Of a stretch of DNA of 64,000 nucleotides, positions 19,769 to 28,414 are shown piece by piece. Position 1 is the first letter of the stretch. Every line of letters begins with the position of its first letter. Position numbers and translations under genes: made by a program. This DNA is from an uncultured Acidimicrobiales bacterium (lineage in GTDB: Bacteria > Actinomycetota > Acidimicrobiia > Acidimicrobiales > Aldehydirespiratoraceae). The stretch is taken from positions 3,636 to 67,635 of the forward strand of contig CATOTC010000004.1 in NCBI GenBank assembly GCA_951812975.1. Reading direction: 5' to 3'. The notes beneath the pieces are model-generated. The model was given only the letters and a program-made list of their open reading frames with translations. It was not told the DNA's origin and did not search any database.

Positions 19769-20722
19769 TCAAGTGGGAGTGAACTCTTCGACCGCTAGAG
19801 GTGCAAGGTTGTCCAGTTCCGTCACGCCGAGACTCGACTCTTCGGGCAGATCCGGCACCTCGATGTCCCACTCACCGAACAGTCCCTCCAGAACCGACGG
19901 ATCGTCGAACAAGTCCAGAGCGAACAACTCAGCCAACAACCCGGGACCGAGTCCACCGAAGTAACCGTCACCCTCGGCGAACGGCAGCAAATCCGGCAGT
20001 GCCGCACCAGCGCCGAATCCCGGTCCTGGAGAACCGAACCCCCCTGCGTAGCCCCAGCCACCGGGACCTCCGAGCACCACCACAACTACGGGTCCGCTGC
20101 CGGCACCAAAGCCGAAGGTTCTCCCCCAGACATCGCATTCCGATGAGGAACACGGTTTGGCGAAGTAATCCTTCTCGGCCCATTCCCAACGCTTGTCCCA
20201 CTGTTGGTCATAGTCGAACGGACCGTACGGTTGGTCACGCCAGAATCCGTCGAGGTGATCGGCGAGCTCCGAGGGTTCCACGCATTGCAACCATCCGTCG
20301 TCTGAACCCCGCCGTTCGTAGTAGTCATCGTCGTCTGAACCCCGCCGTTCGTAATCTTCGTAGTCGTCTGAATCCCGCCGTTCGTAATAGCCGTCGTCTG
20401 AGTCCCGCCGTTCGTAATAGCCGTCGTCGTATTCGTGCTCGCCATCGTCGTCGGATTCATCGGTGATGGCGGAGACGGCCCACACCGTGGCGACGACGAT
20501 CACCGCGACCAGCAGCGCAGCGAGCACTCCGATCCCGGCCAGCTTTGCGGCGCGATGAGGAGTCAGATGCTCCTTCTGGTCAACAGGCGCCTCCACAGAG
20601 GGCGCGACCGACTCACCCGTCTCGTCGAAAGCGGCGTTCTGCTCTGGTGGCTCAGAGATTTCGCCGTCATTCGACTCCGGCGCGGCAGCGGGGGTCTCCT
20701 CAGGGCTTTCGTCATCTGCCAT
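19769..20722 (-). CDS. single-pass membrane protein with acidic YYERR(D/G)SDD repeats and a Gly/Phe-rich tail, unknown function
   Basis: One TM (LAGIGVLAALLVAVIVVATVWAV) and four repeats. Its start overlaps the upstream gene's stop by 11 nt (ATGGCAGATGA). Confidence 0.6.
   Translation of the reverse strand: MADDESPEETPAAAPESNDGEISEPPEQNAAFDETGESVAPSVEAPVDQKEHLTPHRAAKLAGIGVLAALLVAVIVVATVWAVSAITDESDDDGEHEYDDGYYERRDSDDGYYERRDSDDYEDYERRGSDDDDYYERRGSDDGWLQCVEPSELADHLDGFWRDQPYGPFDYDQQWDKRWEWAEKDYFAKPCSSSECDVWGRTFGFGAGSGPVVVVVLGGPGGWGYAGGFGSPGPGFGAGAALPDLLPFAEGDGYFGGLGPGLLAELFALDLFDDPSVLEGLFGEWDIEVPDLPEESSLGVTELDNLAPLAVEEFTPT
20294..20437 (-). repeat. in-frame 30-33-nt tandem repeats encoding (G/D)YYERR(D/G)SDD x4
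   Basis: Visible in both DNA and translation. Confidence 0.85.
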
Positions 20723-23700
20723 GCGACGAGTCTACGGCCACCGGGTACTGCCCACGTCTGCTGAGACGACTGATCATCGCGGTGTCACGCACAACCCTGA
20801 ACCCGTCTGTCAATGCCCGAACAGTCGAGGAGTCGCTGTTGACGACCCTCACCGGAACCTCGGCGACCGCAAATCCACAGCGTTCTGCCAGATGAAGCAG
20901 TTCGATGTCGAAAGCGAAACCATCGATCCGTCCCGCGGCCATCAGAGTCTTGGCCACATCGGCGCGAAACGCCTTGCAACCGCACTGGGTGTCCCGGTAG
21001 CGGCCGGATAAGACGGTTCGGGCAAAAACGTTCACCGCCCGGCTGCCCATACGGCGCAGACCCGACACGCTGCGGTCAGCCACCGAGAGCTCCGCGTACC
21101 GATTGCCGATCACCACCTCGCAGCCGGCCTCCACCGCGGCGAGCAGTCCCAACAACTGATCCGGCGAGTAGGCCAGATCCGCGTCGGTGAACGCCACAGT
21201 CCGTCCTCTGCTCGCCAGCACGCCAGCGCGGACCGCAGCGCCCTTCCCCTGGTTGGCGGGCAGTTCGATCACCAGGTCGGCTCCCGCCTCGGTTGCCTGT
21301 CGGGCAGTGTCGTCAGGTGATCCGTCATCGACGACCACGATCTCCAGATCGCCGGCGGCGTCCAGAGAATCCAGCTCGGAGCGGATCTCGGAGATCGTCG
21401 ATGCGATCCGCTGCGCTTCGCAATACGCCGGCACCACTACCGACAGGCGCAATTCATCGGTCGGGTCGGCTTCGGCAACCGATCCCTTTGCCAATTCAAC
21501 CAGCGCCGGTTCAGCCTGTGGCGATTCCTGTCCCGATTCAATGAGTGCCGATTCAGCCTGTGCCGATTCAGCCTGTGGCGATTCCTGTGCCGATTCAACC
21601 TGTGCCGATTCAACCTGTGCCGATTCAACCTGTGCCGATTCAACAAGTGCCGAATCTGGGGATCCAGAGTCAGCGGATCCAGAATCAGCGGATCCAGAAT
21701 CAGGGGGATCCTCGGCGTTGAGTGCATCATCGGGCGCTGCAGAACGCGAAGGCACCGCCGCGGTCAGCGCAGTCGGATCCCGGAATGCAGTCGGGCCGTC
21801 ATCGCGGCGATCCCGTTTGCGACGGGTCAACGCGACGGCCAGCACGAGTCCGAGCAGGGTCGCCAACAGACCGATCCACTGCACCGCTGAGCGGGTGTAG
21901 CTCAGACTCACCGATGTCTCGGTCGGCACGACCACCATCAGATTGGGAGCCACTCGGAACGGCCCCTGCGCGCCGGACACCGTCCAGTTGGGAAAATAGC
22001 TGGCCCTCACCAGAACCGGGGTTCCAATCCGGTCCACGCTGAAACTGATCGAATCGTTGTCGACAGCAAGGTCGAACACGTCCGCCGTCCCGGTGGGTAC
22101 TCGCTCGAGCCAGTCCGGCAGAACATCCGCCAACGCGCGCATCTCCGACACCCGTTCGCCGCTGCGGACCGCGGCAGCGAACCCGGCCTCCTGTAGAACC
22201 AGGTCGTCAAGGGACATGCGAGGCCAGTCAGCGGGTCCGTCCGCTGCGATCAGCGGGATCTTCTCTGTGCTCTCCCACGCGGCAACGGTGGGCACCAACC
22301 ACTGCTCCCCGCCCGCTGACAACCCCTCAATCACCACAGGCAACTGCTCGAGACCCACCGCAATCCGTTGATCCTTGACCAGAAAGACCACCCACGGCCC
22401 GCTCGCCGCTATCTCCTCGAACGCTTCGAGCTCGCGCGCCTGGGCAATCGCCGACTCGGACACGGCCAGGTAGTAGCGCACACCGAGGGTCTCAAGCCCC
22501 CCGACGCCCTTCTCCACGTCGAGTCTCGAATACGGAAGGTCGCGCTGGGCGCGAGAGGGGCTCGCCGAAAGTTCCGACTGCAACAGGAAGTGGTAGGGGG
22601 TCGTGGCCGACGCCTCGAAATAGAGTCCCTCCATTGAACCGATACAGCCGTCGGTCCAGTGAGGAAGCAACATCGGTGCCATGGTCGTGCCGTAAGTCCC
22701 GAGACGCTCACTGTCGAACTCCCAGAGCGACCGCCCACAACCGAACTCCTCTCCGACCTCCACCATGGTCGACACCAACTCGTTGTACTCCACAGTCCCC
22801 GATTTCTGCTCGTACCCCGTGAAGTTGTATCTCACCCACCCAGGACCCTGGTTGAACTGGGCCGTCGCAAGACCGTTCCAACCCCGGATCGACTCGATCC
22901 CGAAGAAACTCGAGAAGCCGTAGAGGGTGGTGACTCCACCGGCCGCGTCGGTCCTCTGGAAGGTCGTGGCGAACGGAACGGACCGGAGCGGAAAGGCCAG
23001 GGCGATCAGAATCACCAGAGTGAACAGACCCGCAGGAACCGCCGCCCAGACAGCAGGGGCGCGCGCGCCCGAGCCGCCGGGGTCCAGCGGCGCCGGCCCG
23101 AGCATTCGGATCGCGCCCCGGCTGATCTCGGCCACCGCGATACCGGACAACAGATAGACCGACAGGTAGTAGAATGGCAGGATCCGCACGTTCCAGAGCC
23201 GGCTCTCGGGGAGCAGCACAAAAGCAACCGCGAAGACCGCCGCAACGATCCCCAGGGCGATACCGATCCGGACCCGGCGAAGCGCGCACACCAACGCGCC
23301 GACGACTCCGAGAACCACGAACACCTGCAACGGCAAGTCGTTGACCAGAAAGCTCTGGTTCCCGAGATCATCTCCCCGATGCCAGAGCGCCGCCGCGTAA
23401 CGACGCTCCTTTCCCCAACCCATGTCGTTGAGGTAGGCAACGTTCCACGCAAAGGGCAGCACCCAGAACGCCGACAGCAGCGCGGCGACAGGACCGACGA
23501 CCGCAACCCAGCAGACCTCGCGTCGCCCCACCCGAATGACCAGCAGAGCGAACAACGCCACGAGCGCGAAAAATGCCGCGAACAGGTGCAGCAGGCCGGT
23601 CAGAGCCAGCAACACGGCGGCCACGACCCGGTCTGAACCGCTCGCCAACCCCCGGGCTGCGAAACCGATGAACAGCAGAGCAACCGACAGAGCCAAGCTG

Positions 23701-24635
23701 TAGGCGAACTCGCCTGCCATCGTCGACATCAGATTCCCGCCGTAGATGTTGAACGAACGGTCGAAAATGAATGGCAGGGTCATCAGCGCCATCAGCGCGG
23801 GCCCGGGAAATGCCAGACCGCTCAGACGGCCCGCGAGGAATGCCGACAACGGCAGGCTAACGATCCCCGCGATCACCACCAGTTTCATGGCGACCCCGTA
23901 GGGAGTGGGGACTATCAGGACCGTCGCCACCAACGCGGCGGCAGTGACCGCGGCCCGCCACCGCTCGACCGCAGCGGTGACAGACCATACGAGCGCGCCG
24001 ACCGCTGCCGGCGCCAACAGAGCAGCGATCGCCAGGTCAACGGATGTGTCGTTGAACGTGAAGGGTTCCAGCGGCGACCAGCCCAACCAGTCCGTGACGA
24101 AGACGCGGCCGTCGGCAACCGCCCCGAACAGCGCACTGCCAACACCGAATCCGAGAGCGACAATCACCCTCGAGCTCCGCTCGGCCCAGAACCTGCCGGC
24201 AACGAAGAACACCGCAACCGCGACCCCGAACGCCGAGAGCAGATCGACCGGGATGCCCAGACCGACGTTGACCATCACTATCAGCAGCGAAGGAACGACC
24301 ATGTAGAACGTGAAGGCCGGGAAACCCGCATACCAGTCGGGCGACCAGCCCGTCAACCGGAAGTCCGGCAGCAGCTCGTCACGCAGATAAGCCGGTGACC
24401 ACACATGAGCGCCCAAGTCTCCACCGGTCGGAGTCGTGTCGGTGAACCACAGCCAAGGTGACAGATTCCAAACAACGAACAGAGTGACCCCACCCACAAT
24501 CACCGCGGTGAACGCCGCCTGCACATCGAGGGACCGATCGGTGATCAACCGCCGCCAACCCGGGCGCTGGATCAGCGCACGTCCAGCCTCAGACAGCCGC
24601 GCGAGCGGAATGGGACTGTCGGGGGACGGACTCAT
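20712..24635 (-). CDS. fusion protein: large GT-C-like polytopic membrane protein + repeat linker + C-terminal GT2 (polyprenyl-phosphate hexose synthase-like)
   Basis: N-terminus GGDLGAHVWSPAYL..GWSPDWYAGFPAF with many TMs, a large soluble domain and a final TM. The C-terminal 246 aa carries VVVPAYCE, VVDDGSPDDT, NQGKGAA and FTDADL. Confidence 0.8.
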   Translation of the reverse strand: MSPSPDSPIPLARLSEAGRALIQRPGWRRLITDRSLDVQAAFTAVIVGGVTLFVVWNLSPWLWFTDTTPTGGDLGAHVWSPAYLRDELLPDFRLTGWSPDWYAGFPAFTFYMVVPSLLIVMVNVGLGIPVDLLSAFGVAVAVFFVAGRFWAERSSRVIVALGFGVGSALFGAVADGRVFVTDWLGWSPLEPFTFNDTSVDLAIAALLAPAAVGALVWSVTAAVERWRAAVTAAALVATVLIVPTPYGVAMKLVVIAGIVSLPLSAFLAGRLSGLAFPGPALMALMTLPFIFDRSFNIYGGNLMSTMAGEFAYSLALSVALLFIGFAARGLASGSDRVVAAVLLALTGLLHLFAAFFALVALFALLVIRVGRREVCWVAVVGPVAALLSAFWVLPFAWNVAYLNDMGWGKERRYAAALWHRGDDLGNQSFLVNDLPLQVFVVLGVVGALVCALRRVRIGIALGIVAAVFAVAFVLLPESRLWNVRILPFYYLSVYLLSGIAVAEISRGAIRMLGPAPLDPGGSGARAPAVWAAVPAGLFTLVILIALAFPLRSVPFATTFQRTDAAGGVTTLYGFSSFFGIESIRGWNGLATAQFNQGPGWVRYNFTGYEQKSGTVEYNELVSTMVEVGEEFGCGRSLWEFDSERLGTYGTTMAPMLLPHWTDGCIGSMEGLYFEASATTPYHFLLQSELSASPSRAQRDLPYSRLDVEKGVGGLETLGVRYYLAVSESAIAQARELEAFEEIAASGPWVVFLVKDQRIAVGLEQLPVVIEGLSAGGEQWLVPTVAAWESTEKIPLIAADGPADWPRMSLDDLVLQEAGFAAAVRSGERVSEMRALADVLPDWLERVPTGTADVFDLAVDNDSISFSVDRIGTPVLVRASYFPNWTVSGAQGPFRVAPNLMVVVPTETSVSLSYTRSAVQWIGLLATLLGLVLAVALTRRKRDRRDDGPTAFRDPTALTAAVPSRSAAPDDALNAEDPPDSGSADSGSADSGSPDSALVESAQVESAQVESAQVESAQESPQAESAQAESALIESGQESPQAEPALVELAKGSVAEADPTDELRLSVVVPAYCEAQRIASTISEIRSELDSLDAAGDLEIVVVDDGSPDDTARQATEAGADLVIELPANQGKGAAVRAGVLASRGRTVAFTDADLAYSPDQLLGLLAAVEAGCEVVIGNRYAELSVADRSVSGLRRMGSRAVNVFARTVLSGRYRDTQCGCKAFRADVAKTLMAAGRIDGFAFDIELLHLAERCGFAVAEVPVRVVNSDSSTVRALTDGFRVVRDTAMISRLSRRGQYPVAVDSSHGR
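21496..21712 (-). repeat. in-frame 15-nt tandem repeats in the interdomain linker (ESAQV x4 perfect, plus SGSAD-type units)
   Basis: ctgtgccgattcaac x4 at 21585-21644; gatccaga(a/g)tcagcg units at 21661-21705; degenerate copies upstream. Confidence 0.9.
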
Positions 24636-24724
24636 GGCGCTTCATTGTGCCATCTCCTCAGCCGCGCCGTACCTTCCCAGCGCCGTGCGGGCCCAGAGCT
24701 CCGGGGACTCGATTCGCTCGGCCC

Positions 24725-25519
24725 CTAGAGAAGCTGAGCAAGCAGGACGACCACGCTGGTCGCGTTGAATCCCACATGGATCCACAGCGGGGTGCCGAGA
24801 CGGCCTGTCATCTGAAACGCCACCGCGGTGACAATGCCGACCGTCAACAGACCCGGAAACTGGAGAACCTGGAAATGCGACGCCGCAAACAACGTCGAGG
24901 ACCCCAGCACCGCCACAACGGTGCCCACCCGGCCACACCGAGACAGCAACTCTGCAAGACCCCGATGCAGCAGACCCCGATACAGGAACTCCTCGGCAAT
25001 CGGAGCTCCCACCACGGTGAGCACCACCAACGCCAGGATCCCCAGAGACGAATCAGCCGAAGCAACAAGATTCCGTGCCGGAGCCTCGAGCGACTCGCTG
25101 TCGATGAAACGGCTCATCGGCAGATAGACCAGCGGAACGAGCACAACCTGGGTGGCAATCCCCACAGAGAGACCCACGCCAACGTCGCGTCCCGTCATTC
25201 CCCAGCCGAGATCCCGCCGCAGATCGAGCTTGCGGCGCCGGGACAACAGGAACGGAACGCCCACCAGACACAACCACAACGGCACCGTCAGCAACACTCG
25301 AGCCACCAGCGGAACACGCTTGTGGTCAAGGGGAAGCCCGGCCGCCACCTGCCCAGCCACCCGGCCGAAATCGTCGCCCAGACCAGAGGGAACGTCGAAG
25401 GACCAACCCGCTGCACTGACGACAGAGGCGCCGATCAATGCCGACACCACGATCCCTGTCGGAATCGCTACAAGAGCCAGCGCCACCCGACGACCAGGCG
25501 TCGGTGCGCGCTCCGACAC
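24725..25519 (-). CDS. CPBP-family intramembrane metalloprotease (CAAX protease-like)
   Basis: Motifs EEFLYRG, FAASH and HVGFN. Start set at GTG 25519 to avoid overlap with the upstream gene; this is uncertain. Confidence 0.75.
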   Translation of the reverse strand: MSERAPTPGRRVALALVAIPTGIVVSALIGASVVSAAGWSFDVPSGLGDDFGRVAGQVAAGLPLDHKRVPLVARVLLTVPLWLCLVGVPFLLSRRRKLDLRRDLGWGMTGRDVGVGLSVGIATQVVLVPLVYLPMSRFIDSESLEAPARNLVASADSSLGILALVVLTVVGAPIAEEFLYRGLLHRGLAELLSRCGRVGTVVAVLGSSTLFAASHFQVLQFPGLLTVGIVTAVAFQMTGRLGTPLWIHVGFNATSVVVLLAQLL

Positions 25520-25527
25520 CGCCGGTC

Positions 25528-25809
25528 CTAACCAGCCCGACGAAGGCGACCCGACCCGTCGCCCAGCACGGCAGCACCCACCTGCGGTTCGAGGACCGAC
25601 ACCGCAGCACCGCGTCGATCGCTCAACTCCCAACCGCGCGGAGGCCGCGTCCGGTCAGCGTGGGGTGTGCACAGATCGTGGTTGGCGGGTGAATCCTCGA
25701 CATGCAGATCATCGATCCACACAATCTGTTGCGGGTAGAGAAAAGACAGGGTCGCAGCGGCGAGTTGATGACAGCCCGGTCGGGCACAGCGACGGTTCAC
25801 GCTGGGCAC
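25528..25809 (-). CDS. DUF3499-like small Cys/His protein
   Basis: RCARPGCHQLAAATL...DLCTPHADR pattern typical of the actinobacterial DUF3499 family (recalled, not searched). Confidence 0.6.
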   Translation of the reverse strand: MPSVNRRCARPGCHQLAAATLSFLYPQQIVWIDDLHVEDSPANHDLCTPHADRTRPPRGWELSDRRGAAVSVLEPQVGAAVLGDGSGRLRRAG

Positions 25810-25867
25810 CGTACCCTCTCGACACGATCAAGACAGGGATATCCCGCAGCGGGGCTACGCTTTACCC

Positions 25868-27850
25868 ATGGCGTCCACCCCCCCTCCACCGCCTCCACCG
25901 CCACCGCCCCCGAATTCGGGCGACCGGAAAAAGCCCGAGGACAAGGGCGCAACCCGACGCGACAGTCCGAGTTGGTCGCGTTACATACTGTGGATAGCCG
26001 TCGGCACCCTGCTCACGGTGATGCTCGTCAACTACCTGACCGGCGGCGAGTCCCGCGAGCAGGTCACCTACTCCAACTTCTTGGAGAGCGTCGACCAGGG
26101 CGAGGTTGAAGAGGTCACCTACGACAACAACGACGGCGGGATCGTCTTTGCGACTGAACTGGGCGACTTCGAGACCACCGGTCCCACACCGCTGCCCGAC
26201 GCCGACCACGACCTGATCGGCGAGAACACCAAGCTCGAGTTCGAGACGCCCAAGCCGAACTTCTTCACCTCGATCTTCCCGATTCTGCTCCCTGTGCTGC
26301 TGCTCATCGGATTCTTCTTCTGGATGCAACGCCGAGCGCAGGGGCAACTGGGCAACATCATGTCGGTCGGCCGAAGCAAAGCCAAGACCTACTCGACCGA
26401 ACGCCCCGGGACCACCTTCGACGACGTGGCGGGTTACGACGGCGTCAAACAGGAGATCACCGAGATCGTCGAGTTCTTGAAACACCCCGCCCCATTCGCC
26501 GAGATCGGCGCGCGCGTCCCCAAGGGAGTGATGTTGGTCGGCCCTCCAGGCACCGGCAAAACCCTCATCGCCAAAGCGGTGGCAGGCGAGGCAGGCGTTC
26601 CCTTCCTCTCCGTCACGGGTTCGGACTTCATGGAGATGTTCGTGGGAGTCGGCGCGAGCCGTGTACGAGACCTCTTCGACTCGGCCCGCAAGATGGGCAA
26701 GGCAATCATCTTCATAGACGAGATCGACTCGATCGGGCGCAAACGCGGTGCCGGTCTCGGCGGCGGGCACGACGAACGCGAACAGACCCTCAATCAGATG
26801 CTGGCTGAAATGGACGGTTTCGAGCCAACCGACGGAATCGTGATGATGGCGGCCACCAACCGACCCGACATTCTCGATCCGGCACTGTTGCGGCCGGGCC
26901 GCTTCGATCGCCAGGTGGTCGTGCCGCTGCCCGAACTCGACGACCGCAAGAAGATCCTCGCGGTCCACCTCAAGGGCAAGCGCACCAGCGACAACGTCGA
27001 TGTCGACCTGGTCGCCCGAGGCGCCCCCGGCATGAGCGGCGCCGACCTCGCCAACCTCGTCAACGAGGCGGCACTGTTCGCGGTTCGTCGCGGTCGGGAC
27101 CAGATCGATGCCGTGGACTTCGACTCTGCGAGAGACCGGGTGATCCTCGGAATCGAGCGATTGTCGGTCGCCCAGAGCCCGGAGAACCTGGAACGCACGG
27201 CCTACCACGAAGCGGGCCACGCCCTGTGCGCGGCGGTGCAGGACAACCACGATCCCGTCCACAAGGTCACGATCATTCCCACCGGCATGGCCCTCGGCGT
27301 GACCATGACCCTGCCCACCGAGGACCGCCACACCCTCGACAAGGCCGAGGCTGAGTCACGAATGGTCATGGCCATGGGCGGCAGAGTGGCGGAGTCCCTG
27401 GTGTTCGACGAGTTCTCCTCAGGAGCTGCCAACGACCTCGCACAAGCAACCAGCATCGCCCGTCTGATGGTCACCGAATGGGGCATGAGCCCCGCGGTCG
27501 GGCCCATGTCTCTGGCCGACGGCGGACCGGTCTTCCTCGGCGCCGACATGATGCAGTCGAAGAACTACTCACCCGACACCGCCAAGCTCGTCGACACCGA
27601 GATCCGCCGGATCCTCACCGAGTCCGAGGATCGCTGTCGGGAGATCCTCACCGAATACCGCAAGGGCCTCGACCTCGTAGCCAGGGCCCTGTTGGAGCAC
27701 GAGACCATCTCGGGCGACGAAGTGGAACGCCTCATCGCACTGGCGCGTTCAGGACCGGTAACCGTGCACAACACCCAGACTGAGCTGGAGCCAGAGACAG
27801 GCCTCCAACGGCCGATCCCGGCTGAAGTGACTGTTTCCGAAGACTCCTGA
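25868..27850 (+). CDS. ftsH: ATP-dependent zinc metalloprotease FtsH
   Basis: Walker [12 protein letters not shown] region, zinc site HEAGHAL. The N-terminus carries 11 consecutive Pro codons. Confidence 0.97.
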   Translation: MASTPPPPPPPPPPPNSGDRKKPEDKGATRRDSPSWSRYILWIAVGTLLTVMLVNYLTGGESREQVTYSNFLESVDQGEVEEVTYDNNDGGIVFATELGDFETTGPTPLPDADHDLIGENTKLEFETPKPNFFTSIFPILLPVLLLIGFFFWMQRRAQGQLGNIMSVGRSKAKTYSTERPGTTFDDVAGYDGVKQEITEIVEFLKHPAPFAEIGARVPKGVMLVGPPGTGKTLIAKAVAGEAGVPFLSVTGSDFMEMFVGVGASRVRDLFDSARKMGKAIIFIDEIDSIGRKRGAGLGGGHDEREQTLNQMLAEMDGFEPTDGIVMMAATNRPDILDPALLRPGRFDRQVVVPLPELDDRKKILAVHLKGKRTSDNVDVDLVARGAPGMSGADLANLVNEAALFAVRRGRDQIDAVDFDSARDRVILGIERLSVAQSPENLERTAYHEAGHALCAAVQDNHDPVHKVTIIPTGMALGVTMTLPTEDRHTLDKAEAESRMVMAMGGRVAESLVFDEFSSGAANDLAQATSIARLMVTEWGMSPAVGPMSLADGGPVFLGADMMQSKNYSPDTAKLVDTEIRRILTESEDRCREILTEYRKGLDLVARALLEHETISGDEVERLIALARSGPVTVHNTQTELEPETGLQRPIPAEVTVSEDS

Positions 27851-27862
27851 CCGACGCCCGGC

Positions 27863-28342
27863 ATGGACCGCCTGATCCTGGTCTTGGGTGGTGTCGCTAT
27901 AGCTCTGCTGGTTGCGTCGCTGCTCAGAGGCAGGAGACACCCGGCGCCGGCAGCCAACACCGGTACGATCCCCCGACAACTCGACCGCAAAGACTTCAAG
28001 GGCACAGATCGGCCGTGGCTCGTCGCCGTGTTCACCGCGTCGAGCTGTGCAACCTGTGCCGGGGTGATGGAGCGGGCCAAGCATCTCACCAGCAGCCAAG
28101 TATGCGTTCAAGAACTGGAACTGAGCGCTGAGGCGGCCCTGCACGAACGCTACGGCATTGATGCGGTGCCCATGCTGCTCATCGCAGACCAGACGGGTGC
28201 GGTGCGGCGCGCTTTCGTCGGTCCCACCACCGCTACCGACCTCTGGGCCTCGTTGGCCGACCTTCGCGAACCGCGCCGTCGCGAACCGCACAGCGGTACG
28301 AACGAACACGACTCAGACGAAACCGTTCCCGGCGGGGACTGA
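27863..28342 (+). CDS. membrane-anchored thioredoxin-like protein
   Basis: N-terminal TM, then the CxxC motif SSCATCAGV in a thioredoxin-fold-like context. Confidence 0.5.
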   Translation: MDRLILVLGGVAIALLVASLLRGRRHPAPAANTGTIPRQLDRKDFKGTDRPWLVAVFTASSCATCAGVMERAKHLTSSQVCVQELELSAEAALHERYGIDAVPMLLIADQTGAVRRAFVGPTTATDLWASLADLREPRRREPHSGTNEHDSDETVPGGD

Positions 28343-28355
28343 CACCACCCAAGAT

Positions 28356-28384
28356 GCCGTGGGACCATCCCGGGATCCCACGGC
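28356..28384. terminator. GC-rich hairpin between convergent genes (9-bp stem gccgtggga / tcccacggc, 11-nt loop)
   Basis: Read directly. Sits between stops at 28342 (+) and 28415 (-). No clear U-tract. Confidence 0.4.
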
Positions 28385-28414
28385 AGCATGAACGGCGAAC
28401 CGGGTCTCTGGGTA

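Noticed and set aside
25862-27331. 489-aa ORF on the minus strand
   Set aside because: It is antisense to ftsH (Walker A and HEAGH motifs lie on the plus strand), so it is a compositional artefact.
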